Positions 47,123-60,267 of a DNA stretch of 64,000 nt are shown here, one piece after another (the first letter of the stretch is position 1; each line of letters opens with the position of its first letter). The position numbers were made by a program, and so were the translations under genes. Origin of the DNA: Curvularia clavata (Eukaryota); NCBI GenBank assembly GCA_023920165.1, contig CP089280.1:248001-312000 (forward strand), in the 5' to 3' direction. The notes beneath the pieces are model-generated. The model was not told the DNA's origin, did no database searches, and saw only the letters and a program-made list of their open reading frames with translations.

Positions 47123-50100
47123 CTTGGATAAGGTGCAATCACTTGGAAACGAGTGACAAGGAGACTCTGGGATGCACCGGTAACTGTCAAGAGAAGAAAA
47201 AGAGACTTGAAAGCGCAAGAGCTAAGTTGAAAAGGACGACCGAAGTGCTGTAGACCAAAATCGAATTTGGGCGAGGTGAAGTTTGGTGACGGTGGAAGCA
47301 AGAAGAACCCAGCGACTGGACGTTTGCGAAGTGCCTATGACAAGATGGTCGTCCTACACCTCTGGCCGATAAGGACGTGGTTAGATGGGCACCCACGTTG
47401 GCAAAAGATCTAGATACCGTCGGTATTATGACAAGACTGGGTGAATGACCGTTGCGACGTACCTGTTGCGTTCGGATATCGATTCTATGAACAGTCCACC
47501 TGGAAGTAGGCGGAGACACGTGCACCGGGTGTTCGTCCAGCCCCGGTATCCAAGTGGCTCCGCTCAACAAACGGTCTGGTCCCGTGTGTAGTGTCAACGG
47601 ATAACTTTGCTCGGCTATCGCAGCGATACAAGCCAGCCAGCGACTTTGACATGCCAGGTCAGCTGACGTTAATGTTAACCATTCGTTGGAAGGTTGTCTT
47701 TACCAGTAACTGATATCTGTATAGCCACAGTGGGGTACTACTTGGTGGGATGCTATCCAACAAGGTTGAATATCTTGAAAAATCACCCGGAAAAGAATAT
47801 CTGGGAGTAGCAAGCGATGCACGACAGATGTATCAACAGATACTTGTGCTATTCAGAGTCGCCTTTAACGTATCAACACTCACCTGCACTTCGGCCCGCT
47901 AGCTACTTACCCCGGCGAATTGCGTCGCCAAAGCTTGCTCGAGCTCCTTGCAGACGACGTCCGGTGTGTAAGTGGACGCGCCTGGGCTCCAGGACGCACA
48001 TTGCATGGCTTGACAGGCTGCGAGATGACGGATCACTAATTGGACCAAACAACTGTTACCGACCGCAAGTGCTGAGCCATGGGCAGTGCGATAGTGCAGA
48101 ATGAATCGAGGGAATAGTGTCACACGACGTCAAACACTCTTCCCGTTCTGAGCCCTGCATCCTGGCTGGGACATATAGCCCAGCGTCTTTGTTTAACGCC
48201 TCCCCTTTGACGCCTGACATCGATCAGAGACATTTCCAATGGGTTGAAGAATATGCAGGTTCGCCACAACAACGCGAGCCGCCAGTTCATCACAAAGCTA
48301 ACCGTGAATTAGGACAGTTTTCTTGACATGATTGATGACTCTGCATGTTTTTCTCCCAATCGCAACACTTCATTTGGAAAAAACGATTTGTCATGTTGGC
48401 TGTGAAAGACAAAACCCTCCATCGCTACCTAGGATCGCGCAACACTCCAAGTGTTTCTTCCACGTATAAGTAACACTGCTGCGCTTCGCAATGGTCATAG
48501 CTCTCCGCCATCCGGGTTATAGCTACCTCAGAAGACCAGGTTCACCTGTCATGCACCCTTGTTGGTATGGTGTGGAGGAACAAATCGGCAAAGTGTTTAC
48601 CTGCAGCCTACCGTGAAGCACAAGAGCACGTATTTTCTTGGCTTTTGTTGCAAACGTGGCGCATCTCTTGCGCATTTCGGACACCTACGCAAATTTTGTC
48701 TCAGCAATCAATCGATTGGTCCATCTTCTATCGGTGGGTGATAAGAGGGCCTTTGCTTCCACTGGCGATACTCGAGATGTGTGATGCAGGAAATGGCTCG
48801 TTTACCACATCAGTCATAAATGACCATCATAGGAGTAAATTTGCCCCCTTCAGAGCAGAATATGGCCTCACCATGTACTGAGACACGGCGCTTTCTGATG
48901 CAAGCCTCTTCACCTACGCTCACAGCGAAGTTTTCAGATGACAACATTCACCTGACCCGTGCCTCACCGGACATTGGCCAGAAAAGCACCTTGTCTCAAT
49001 TGCTTGATTCTGTGGTTGTGTTGACGAAGGCCCATCTCAAAGGAGCAAATAGCGGTGGTAATGTCTCAGTCAGACCGCTCAAAGAAGACAAAGCCCAAGC
49101 TGCAGCTTTGCCTGTCGCGGTCCGTAGCCACTGATTGATCAGTGAGATCCAGAAGGCCTTTTTTGGAAACACGTTTTCTCAAATTTTCCTAGAGGCGGCA
49201 CGTCCATGTACAGTGCCATGGATAACCACCGCCGCGCCCACTGTCACTGCGCGCCCCCGGCGGTGGGAGATTCGAACAACTCACTCTCCTTTCCGGTCAG
49301 AGTACAGCACCTTCACAGGATTATACACAAACTCCTCTTAAGTTGTAATGTCTATTAGCTATTTATTCGATGTCATTAGAGACACCAGGTCATTCGCGCA
49401 GGACCGGACTGGCTAGGATAAGCGCATGCACAATTGATAACCATGCGCACAAGGAAAATCGCCCCGTTTCCGCTGGTTACACAAAGGCCACTACGGAGAG
49501 ATGACAGACAGCCTAAGTAACCTAGGGCAGCTGGGGTGACGCCGTTGTGATGCAAGTGTAAGTTGCGAATTGAGGGACGAACACGCCCGAAGGCAGACCG
49601 ATCAGCCCGCAACGCTTCCCAACGTTTATCGAACCTCGAGTCTAATACCGCGATCCGGATTGAGATGCGGTCAGACAATGATGTGATGTAGTAGTTTACT
49701 TATGGAGTCGTTACCCTCATTGGTCCAGACTCAAAAGTTCTTCCCCAGGTTTGGGTTCGGCGGTAAATGAGGCAGTGTCTTAGACAAGGGCATGGTGAAA
49801 GCGTGCCATATCCACACTGGAACACCTGACAACATGAGACAGTGCAGTGCCTTCGAGGTAATTGATCGCCCGGACCCAGCCCTTGCCCCTGCACACGCAT
49901 GCTGGATGAGATCGTCTTCCTACCCCTGCTCTGCCTTGTGGGTTTGATTCACATGACTGGAGTAGTCGAGGCTGATATAGTCTACTTCAGGTACACTAAA
50001 TTATCTGTGCTTAGCTGGGCTGCAGAAGTATGCAGCGGATCACAAAATCTTACGAATAGACATTACCAAAACTACTGGTACGAACAGGCCGCATCCTTTG

Positions 50101-52142
50101 AGCTACACGATTGGCATCGGGATACAACGATGTTGGCCAAGTAAAGTCAGTAAATTCGCATTTTCAGAGCCGGGCCAAAGAACATCTTCTAGGGGCATTC
50201 CAGAATCTGGTCTATGTATGTGATTGGAAGAATCCTCATCTATCCTCATAGTCATCGTGTAAGTACCGACTCTCAAGCTCTCTTCGCCTCCCCATTATGC
50301 TCTAGTGTAGGATAGCTATCCGGCTGCAATGCGCTAATATCGCAACCTCTTACACGACTTGCAGCGCTTAATCGATATACTGGCCCTTTCAACTACTAAA
50401 ATTGCTTGATAGTTCATCCGTATGCCGATTGGAGCGTGTCACAGTGTGGCAGTACGCGGAGAAAGCCTGCTCACAGCGTCTCAAGTCTATCTCACGACAT
50501 GTTCGGCTCAGTCTCCGAGCTCGAATAACGCGCGGAAAATTTTGCTACAGCATATCGTGCGACGAAGTTGTCAAAATCTCCATCCCTCGTGCCCGACGGG
50601 TGGCGCGTTAGGACGAACCTCGCGCAACCTAGCGAGACGCATGCTGTGAACGCAATCACCACACTGCCCCGCTGAACTACGTTTGCACAACTGCCTCTTC
50701 GATTGTCCCATCCTTCAGCCTTTGATACGGCCATTCGATGTTGATGCTGAGCAGCACTCAGGAATGTGCAGGGATTATCCCCTCTGGATTGCCACATGGA
50801 GGAACCTATTCCCGCTGTTACGCCAGGAACGACTGCTACCAGGCGTCACAAGGGGCTAGACTGAACACATAATCTCCTGTGGGAGAGTATGGGAGATTCA
50901 ACAATCGAGGATGAGCACCGTGTCTCCTGAGGTGGGTTCTACATGACAGCTGCGGTGATGAACTCAAGCTTTGTGGCGTTCTCCGGGGTGGGACGAACTA
51001 CAACACTGGAGCAGCAGGAGTTCGTTCAACCAAACCCGCATATCCATGAAATATATTATCCACTCAGAATATCACAAATTCGCTAATTTAAGCCAGCCGC
51101 ATTCACAGTCGTTCGATGGAAACCGCCGAATTATGATGACGGTGCGACAATCAGGCCACACTCCACCCTCTTTGCACAAGTGCTACTTTGACGATAGGTA
51201 TCCGCCACCGACATTACATTCTACCCACCACGTTCTTTTCCTAGGCTAACGGAGATGCGGGTCCTCTGCCTAGCGATCCGCCCAGCCTATGTCAGGCTAA
51301 AGTAGTGCCCGACTGTGAGACCCCGCTGACCCGGGAAGCCTCGCCTTGTACAAAACAGGCTGCCATCGTCATGTGACAGCGAGTAGTCTCCCACTGATGA
51401 GGGTCGTCTAGAGGAAACCATTGGAGATAAATAGATAGAGAAGGCACTGGTACAAATATATAGGGAGCTTGCATGCACACCATTACCTGGCGGGCCAGAC
51501 AACGACCGGAGCCTCTCTACACCCCCTCCCCAGAAGCCCTTGCTCTAGAGCAGACGCGCAAATGAAAACAAGTACCACAGTGGGCTAATAGTTGTGGTTT
51601 GGCTGGGTACTACTGGGCGGGGCAGAAATTTGACGTTTTTCTGACAGCCCTGACAGGTGTCACGGTGCGAGTCTTTTGGAACGCAAAAAAAGGACCGGGT
51701 GTCGCAGGGCATTGAGGCGGAGGCTTACACAAAGCAGCGGAGCAGGGCAAAAGTGCGAGTCTGTATGCCTCACTCTTTTCTTTGTTTTCCTTCTCCTTCT
51801 TTCTTCTTCGTCCTTTTCCACGTCACTGGGATTCCCTACACATATGCACAGCGATGTTTCAGACACCTAGGTCACGTCTGCTCTCAACTACACAAAAGTA
51901 CACGCTCCCTTTTACTTCTCTCCTCATCCCCTCGCTCTTCCTATCTAGCCTACCCACTCATCGCCCCTCCCAATCTTCCCGTTTTCCAGAAAAAAAGAAG
52001 AGGGTGAGGTATTTGTCAGTCCCTTCTCCTCCGTTTCCCCCCTTCCGCGCACCTCTCAAATCCCTCAGATACGTACCTAGCGCTTGACTCGCCCATCCCC
52101 GGAAGAAGAACAGCACATCAATGTCACACAAACACGCAACAC

Positions 52143-52963
52143 ACGAACGGAGGCCCCCGTCCGTAGACTATGAACGCACATTTTGACAGCACTAACACTG
52201 CCCCACTCTGTCCTCTTCTCTTCTTCTCCCGCTTTTCCACGCCTGACACATACTATTCGTATCGCTGTAGCTTCTAGCACACATATAGCGCTATATGTAT
52301 CTCTGGCTTTGTCATTAGTATCTTTCATCTCTCATTCTGGCTCTAGCGTTAGCGCCGGACCTTTCTTCTACTGTGCCATATCCTATCACTCCCTCCAGAG
52401 TAGTCATCACATAGCATATCGGCGATCATTCCCGCCCCACGGTATGCATCCCGTCACGCCATGTCTTTTCAACGTGGTAGATGCAGTGAGCCTGGGTGCA
52501 TCGCCGATATGAAGGGTCTGAGCTTAGGCCTAGGTTGAGTCTAGGGTCTTGGTCTAGAGACCTTTGATTTAGGTCTGGGTTAGGGAGGAAGGTTCCTCTT
52601 AGATGTAAAGGCCGATAAAATCATCGTACACATGATTGAGATGGAGACCAAGATGAGAAGAATACACACAACTATACTACATATATATACACAATATGCG
52701 TATACACACGTGAAGCAGTGACATACATGCCCATGTGTTATTTGAAGTAAGAGAAGACAACAGCGATAGCTTTCAGCATATCAATGAGGAAAGACGAAGA
52801 AATACGTCTACAGATAAAAGGGTCTAGCGTATCTGTACACAGCTTGTACAGGGTATGTGGACTAGATCTTGCAGCCTGTTTAGCCTACATAGTGTATAGA
52901 TGGGCAGCAGGAAGAGAGAAAGAGAAGGATGTGATTGTGGGTACATGGACAGAGTGGTAGCAG
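52143..52963 (+). ncRNA. Candidate large structured non-coding RNA of unknown class
   Basis: Nested helices 52203-52213/52947-52957, 52247-52253/52853-52859, 52260-52268/52760-52768, 52357-52364/52512-52519 and 52415-52426/52500-52511, plus local hairpins; no credible ORF. Confidence 0.5.
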
Positions 52964-53341
52964 GCTTCGTAATATTGATGAGGCTTTGAGACAAGCACAG
53001 TATACTGACGATTTAAGAGCATATGAAAAAGATCTTCAGATTCTTTGTCTAGATCAATCTTACAAAGAACCAGTTAGTCACCTGGGCCATGCACAAAGAA
53101 CGATCAAGTTTGAATCAAAGTCACTAAATTCAGTTGGATTTGAAATAAATTACACATGCTTGCACGAAGAGGAAACGAAGAATTCCCATAGTATGAACAA
53201 GCCGCCTAAACGCCATATAAAGCCTTACTACGCCCGTAGTATCCGCTCCTGACCAAAGAAACGCCGTGACTTAATCCGGGTATCAAACACCCCCACTCCC
53301 TTCACTCACATACACACAACAGACTCCCAGCAAGCTATCAT

Positions 53342-56300
53342 CTACTCGCTATCATCGTCGTCATCAAAACTAGGCTCAGACGCATCATCCGAGTCTCCCT
53401 CATCATCACTGACAACGTACTTGGCCGGCTTAGCAGCAGCCCTGCGGCCAGGCCGAGCAGCGGGCGCGCGTGGCTTAGGAGTCGGCTCATCTTCGTCTTC
53501 GTCGGACAGCAAGTCGTTGGCAAGGTCCTCTGCGTCTTCCATTTCTTCGTCAGAGTCGACGGTCTTCTTCTTCTTAGTCGCGGGCTTAGCTGTTTCTGCG
53601 TCCTTGCCGTGCTTCTTTGCGTAAGCCTTCGCTGCTGGGCTCTGGGCGGCAGGTTTCTTCGCGACAGCTTTAGGCTTCGGCACGGGTTTGGCAGCAGCAG
53701 TGGCCTTAGGCTTTACGGCAGGGCGAGCAGTCAGCTTGGTTGTTGCTGGCTTCTTGACACTGAGATTGAAGTCATCGTCGTCAGAGCTCATGATGGTATC
53801 GTTGATGTTGCGGGGAGTAGGGCGCTGTGGGGAGGACTGAGGCATCAGACCTTCGTAGTTGGTAGTATCACCGTCCACATCAATCGAGCTGCTCTTCTTT
53901 GCGCCGGCGGCGCTACCAGAACGAGCATGCCCGTTGCTACCTGGCCGGGCCATAGCAGTTGTCTTGAACATCGGAACGCCATTGGTGCCGGAACCAATTG
54001 TCTTGACCATGCTGCTCACATCGCCGAGGTCATCGGAGTCGGAGTCGGAGTCACTACCAAGGTTGTATTTCGGTACTTGCTTGGTCGCGCCACGAGGGGC
54101 CCGAGCTGGAGCAGCGGGTTTGGCTGGCTCCTTGGCTGCTTCAGCGGCGACTGCAGCAAAGACATCCGACTCTTCATCATCTGAAAGAACCGGGTCTTTC
54201 TTAATAGCCTTTGCACCAGCTGGGCGACCACGCTTTGCTGGTGCTGGCTTCGAGTCCGCAGTGTCCGGTCTTTCGTCCGATGCTCCATCGGTCTGCGGTG
54301 TCTCTTCCTTCTTCACAAGGTGCGAGAGCAGCGTACTCTGTTTTTGCGGTGCCGTGGAGCCGAACGCGCTACTGCTCTTGAGAGCTTCTGCTGCCGATGG
54401 CTTCTTTACTGGTTCTTGCTGAAGGTAGCTGAGCAACCCCTCCTTCTTAGGCTTTGCCTTCTTCTTAACAGGGCCAAAGTCAGAGTCAGAAGCATCCGAG
54501 TCGGAGCCGTCCGCCTTTCTCTTCTTCTTTCCCTTGCCACCCTTGCCTGCACCAATACCGAGCTTCTGGGAAGCACGGCGAGTGATGCTAGCAATCTTCT
54601 TCTTGCGCTTGGCGTCTTCCTCCTGTTGCAGATTCCATTCGTCCATGAAGGCGTCCAGGTCAACATTCCAGATGTCCTTGGGAGAGAGTCTGATAAGGGT
54701 GTCGATCTCGGCCTGCTTCTCAGCGATCTGCTTCATAAGCTTTTCGACACGCTCTTGCGTCAGGGACCAGATGGCCATCTGCGATCTGTTAGCATCTAAT
54801 AATTGGTTCAGGTCGATGATCACTTACGCCAAGCAGATAGTCGTAGTCGTTGGCGGATACTTCGACTTCATTCTCATCCGACTCATCCTCTTGAACGTCC
54901 TCATCCTCACCAGCAGCCTTGGCATCCTCAACCTTGGGGAAAGGTGTGAAGCCAAGCTTCTTGAGCTCTTGAACAAGGGCAGTCTTCTTCTTCTTGGAAA
55001 CGGTAAGCTTGCCATCGATGATCATCTGGATGAACCTAGCTTGGTTCGTCATCTTGAGGTGCTCCTTCTCCATGACCTGAAGTTGGTGCTGCTTCCGCTT
55101 TTCGTAGTAACGGAGGCGGATATGGTAGAACTCCTCGATGATATCAAGAACGCTCGAGTACTTGTGGATACGACCATGGGCGTCGAAGGCGACCAAGTTG
55201 CTCGTTGCCTGGGGCTTGTAGAGCTTGAACATCTCTTCTAGCCCCTTAGCAAGAGCCGTCGCCATGTACTTGTCCTCCATCTTGATGACGAAGTGAACGC
55301 GATCAGGGGTGTTGTAGTCGATGTAATCTTTGATGAACGATGGACTCTTCTCAGCCTTGATAATCTCTTCAAGCTTCTCCTTGAAATCCTGGGTCCAGTA
55401 ACGAACCGGCAGTTCAGTGACTTCAATTTCGTTGTCACCGGTCTGCCGGATAGTTCCCGTAAACTGGTAGCGGTCGGGACCAAGCACAGAGGTTGTTCCA
55501 GTAAAGCCCTTGTACCAGGGGGTCATCGGAGCCATGTCTTCCTTGGTAGCACCTGGCTGCATTCGGCGCCTGATATTCTCGATGATGTCCATGGGGTTGA
55601 AGTTGGGGATTTCAGAACTCCAACCAGTACCAATACCGCTCGAACCGTTGATAAGAATTGTAGGCAGGATGGGCACGTACATCTCCGGCTCAATCGGTTT
55701 GCCATCGGATTCCCCGTACTTCAATAACGCATCATCGTGAGGATGGAAAATGCGTCTTGCGAATGGCGACAGGCGGGTGTAGATATACCTGGCGCTGGCA
55801 GCGTCGGCACCACCCTTGAGACGAGAACCAAAGTTACCACTGGGCTCCAAGAAGTTGATGTTGTTGGTTCCGACGAAGTTCTGTGCGAGACCAACGATGG
55901 TGCCCTGCATGGAGGCCTCTCCGTGAGCATAGTCGGTAGATCCAGAGACGGAACCGGCAAGCTCAACCACCTTGACGTCCTTCTTGATGTTGCGCCTGAA
56001 GCAAGTATACATGACCTTGCGCTGACCAGGCTTCAGACCATCAATAACAGACGGGATAGACCGCACGTTATCAGCCATGGAAAACAGAATGAGCTCCTTG
56101 TTGACAAAGTCGTCGTAAGAAATATCTGGCGTAGTGAGGTCCAGATGCTGGCCTGGTACGAAGTCGCGTAGCCAGTCCTTACGAGCGTCTGCCTTCTTCT
56201 TGGAGAAAGCCAGCTCGATAAGCTTTTCTTCTTCCTCGCGCATGACCTGGAAGCGCTTCATGTGCGTGTCGAGATCCTTGAAGTAAATTTGAGCATCGGG

Positions 56301-58615
56301 AATGTCGCTGGTACCCAATCCCTTGTAGTATTTGTGGTCCCAGCCCTTTTCGTTGGCGTGTTGCTCTTTCCACTCCTCGTATTCTGGCATGGAGAAGAAG
56401 CTCTTCAACTGGCGTGGGTTCTTTGGATCGCCCTTCCAGACCTTGACAATAGGGGTGATGAACTCCAAGAGGAAGCCCGGGATTTTGAGCAAACTGGGGA
56501 ACTGGCACTGAAGGAAGTTGATCAGCAAACCCTTGATATGGCTACCGTCGTGATCCTGATCCGTCATGATCATGAGATGGCCGTATCGCAAGCTCTTTAG
56601 ATCTGCCACGGTGTATTCCTTCTTATGCTGCAGACCCATGAACTTTTTGATGTTCTGAATTTCGGCGTTCTTCATGATCTGATCAACAGTGGCGTCACGG
56701 ACGTTGAGGAGCTTACCACGAAGCGGAAAGACACCAAACAAGTCCTGGTTGACGACGGCACGCCCAGCCAGCGCAAGCACACTAGCCGACTCACCTTCAG
56801 TGAGGATAAGGGTGCAGAGATGTCCATCTTTGGTACCAGCCTTGTTGGCATCTGTGAGCTTCGCATTGCTGATTCGGTTGCGCTTGTTACCGTCAGTCTT
56901 CTTCATCATTTGGTCAGCCTTTTGCTGAGCAAAGTGCATGATGTTCTGAATGACATCGGTCTTGGCGATGGCGTTCAAGAACTTGTCGCTGAGAACAGGC
57001 TTGCTACCAAACTGGCTGGGCTTGGTCGTGAGCTGCTCTTTGGTTTGCGATGTGAAGGCTGGGTTCACAATTGAACAGTTCACAAACAGGAAGAGATGGT
57101 TCTTGATCTGCGCGGGTTTGAGCTTGACAGCAGCCTTGTTCTTCTTGTTCACAATGGCCATCAGCTTTTCAACAATCTGGTCGGCAATGTGGTTTACGTG
57201 AGTACCACCAGATGTTGTTGCGATCGAGTTGACAAAGGATACTTGATTGAAGGAGCCGTCCGAAACTGCGAAACCGACGTCCCAGCGATCCAGTTTGTCG
57301 GTGATAATGACATCCTTCTCCTTGTCTTCTTCGCTCTTGCCCTGCTCACGCGAAATAGACTTGGTGTACATTTCCATGTACTTCGCAAAAGAAGTAATCT
57401 TAATGCGGTCGCCATTGAGGTAGACCTTGACGCCTCGGAGTGTACCAGCCATATCGTAGGTCCTGCGTTTGACCATGGCTTCGAAATCGTCGTCAATGCC
57501 CGTCATGCCGAACCTGGTGTAGTCGGCTTTCCAGCTGACCTTGGTGTAGTCGTCTGTCTTGATGTCGGTAATCTTGGCTTTGCCCATCTTGCTCATGTTG
57601 TCTGTCCAGGTCTGCTTGTACTTCTTCTTCTGTTTTGAATCGACAGTCTCGACTGTAAATTCGGTACTGAATACGTTACAAAGCTTGGCTCCGTAACCGT
57701 TGCGACCACCGGTAATCTTTTGCTGGTCATCGTCGTAGTTGGACGATGTGAGGAGGTGACCAAAGATCATCTCTGGTACATATATGCCGTGTTCCTAGCT
57801 GGGTTAGCATTTGATTTTATCAGAATGAGAGGCAACCAACTTTGTGAATCTCAATTGGAATTCCCTTGCCATCGTTCTTGATGGAAATTTCGCCACTCTC
57901 TCGATCGAGCGTAACTCTGATTTCGCTCATGTTCTTGTCGTTTTGCTTGTTGTCTGCAGCGTTGACAAGGATCTCGTCAAAGATCTTGTACAGACCAGGC
58001 ACGTAGGATACGTCGCGGTACTCCATCGACTCGCTTTCTGAGTTGTACACCCACATTTTGTCTGTTTGTCGCTCCACTGATCCGATATATGTGTCAGGGC
58101 GCTTCATAATGTGCTCCAAGTGCGTCAACTAGGATTATGTTAGTTCTGGTCATGCCTACTGCGATTCGGATACCCACCATTTGGTACTTGCTACTGGCCC
58201 CCTTATCCTTGGGCTTTGCTGCTGGCTTATCGTCGCCATCCCCACCAAAACTCTCATTTTCAATATCTGCGAGTGGTTTACCGCTCGGTTTCTTAGGGGC
58301 GGATGGCTTTTTGGCCTTTGGTGGTGTGTCTGCGAGTAGCGACTCGTCGTCGATCGGGTCCTCACCCATTTCTACATCTGAGTTCTCGTCGTCTTCTGAG
58401 TCGGCCTTGGCCTTTTTCTTCGGCGGAGCCTTGGCTTTTGGTTTCGCGGTGGCGCCGGCAGGTCTGCCTCGAGGTTTCGCAGGACCAGCTGCTTTCTTCG
58501 TTGCGGCAGCCTTTGGCTTTGCAGCCGCCTTGGTCTTTGCTGGTTTCGCGGGCGGGGCGAAGTCAGAGCTGGCGCCCTCGTCGAACACGGAGTCGTCCAT
58601 TAGGGAGTCGTCCAT
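53342..58615 (-). CDS. TOP2: DNA topoisomerase II
   Basis: RPDTYIGS, EILVNAADN, GGRNGYGAK, TEGESA, PLRGKLLNV, MTDQDHDGSHIKGL, DGLKPGQRK and catalytic ASARYI; introns 58177-58129, 57840-57795, 54827-54779. Confidence 0.98.
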
Positions 58616-60267
58616 GGTAGGTTAGTATGAAGTCCCGCAGGACAGAAGATAAAAGGAAAGAAACAGAAACGCTCCGTCGCACGTGGCCTGTGCGGTAAGA
58701 AATGGCAGAGCGCAATGAGCGTAGAAGAAGGGAAGGTGTGGTGGCGAGGAGTTGGTTGTGAAGGCGTTGTGTTTTGCTTGCTGAGGTCTGTGTTTACGCG
58801 TTGGCGTTGCCAAAGCGAGGCGCTGCAGGGGAAAGCGCGCTAGTCAGGCGCTAGTGCGGGGCATTAGGAGTTCGACACGTGAACCAACAACGTCTATCAC
58901 GAAAGCAAAGGCGATGAGAGTGGTGTTTTCGATTATTTGTGGATTAAGATTGGAATAGGTAATGTTAACAAGACAGGTGAAGGCTAGGGATGGTAGCAGT
59001 CTTGCCTCATGGTGGCTTCTCACGTGACATAGGGATGCTGAAGCCTGCGCTGCAGCCTGGAGTCGAAAACACCATGTAGTTAGTGGTGATAGACATTCTT
59101 CACTTCCTCATGTGATTACGATGAGGCCGTCGAAGAAATCTTGTATCAGGACTGACCCGCGCCGACTGGACTATTATCTTTTTCTCTTATCAGAGCTGCA
59201 GATATCTCGACAATAACTTACCGACGGAATAGCATCGAGGCTATATCACTCTACCTTTTTGGGGTAACCTTAAGTCAGTGTATTGTATCAGTCTCAAGGT
59301 GATAACATCAACAGTATATCGCCCCAATAAATTAAGCTCTCTCCAAGCAACTCTCACAAGCCACCTCGGCCGCTAAGTCGCCTAGAACACCAAGGCAAGA
59401 TTATTTTTTTCCTCTTCCGTCCTTATATCCACGACTCAGTTTGTTTCCCTCGCACACTCTGTTCGGCCGAGCCTGGGACCAAACTCCGACAAAATCATGT
59501 GCGGCAGGCCATAAGGCAAGAAAAAACCCTCACTCTCAAGCCGAAAGTCCATCTCGGACGTTCGGGATATGATCTCCGCTGTGACCGATAGCCGAATCCG
59601 TCTTACTTTGTAAAATCAAATTCCCGAGAGATGAACAACGATCATTCCCGAAGGATAGGGTGTGCCAGAAACTCAAAACGAGGGGTTTGGCTACGTGCTG
59701 TAGCTTGGACCGAACAATAAGCATTATGCCGCAAGCATGGCGCTAATTTGGGGTTTGATTCAGGGAAAGCTTACCAGCTAATTGGGAGAGAGTAAAGCAC
59801 AGTAAGACGGTAGGAACGAAAAAAGCAGATGGACTAAGTTCGGAGGTGGGTCATCGGCCCTTTTCCCTGTCAGACAAACACCAATGGTGCTATGCATAAT
59901 GATGATGACGAAGACGGTAACAGTGATAATGAATATGATAATGATTGATTTTTTGGATTCGGAGAGATGCAGATTTCTATGCTAACCAAGAAAAGAGAAA
60001 GACGTAGATGTAGGTAGTAGCCACAATGTGGAGATGGGGCAAAAGTATGTGCAGGTGAAGAGTAGGAAGGAAATTGTACTTTACAGTAGTAAGGATAGGA
60101 CGAAGAAGACGGAACCTACAGGTCCAGCCTGGTTACTTCTATTAGCAATGAGAACCGAGAGAAAACGCCGCGTCCCGATGCTCTTGGAAAACTCGATGCA
60201 AATCCGATTTAGAAAAAAGAAAATATGGAAAGAAAGTAAAGGGAATCGTGCGGGACGTGTATGCATT

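Noticed and set aside
47200..51600. Many 60-136 aa ORFs upstream of the Xbp1-like gene
   Set aside because: No recognisable domains or consistent exon chains; most likely a long regulatory intergenic region.
52576..52584. GGGTTAGGG (CCCTAACCC on - strand) as a telomerase RNA template
   Set aside because: A 9-mer of any telomeric permutation is expected a few times in 64 kb. G-U asymmetry favours a + strand RNA, which shows no template, so it is not supported without a covariance search.
52165..53008. H box (AGACTA), ACA and TGATGA/CTGA motifs around the structured region
   Set aside because: Short motifs with no convincing snoRNA geometry or guide sequence; snR30, RNase P and RNase MRP signature motifs were not seen.
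56785..56802. TOP2 TOPRIM motif TEGESA instead of the usual TEGDSA
   Set aside because: Conservative change; the metal-binding Glu and the DxD motif are intact.
53421..58625. Long + strand ORFs over TOP2, and similar antisense ORFs over BIR1, YEN1, OPT and the AT-hook gene
   Set aside because: Shadow ORFs produced by codon bias of the real genes.
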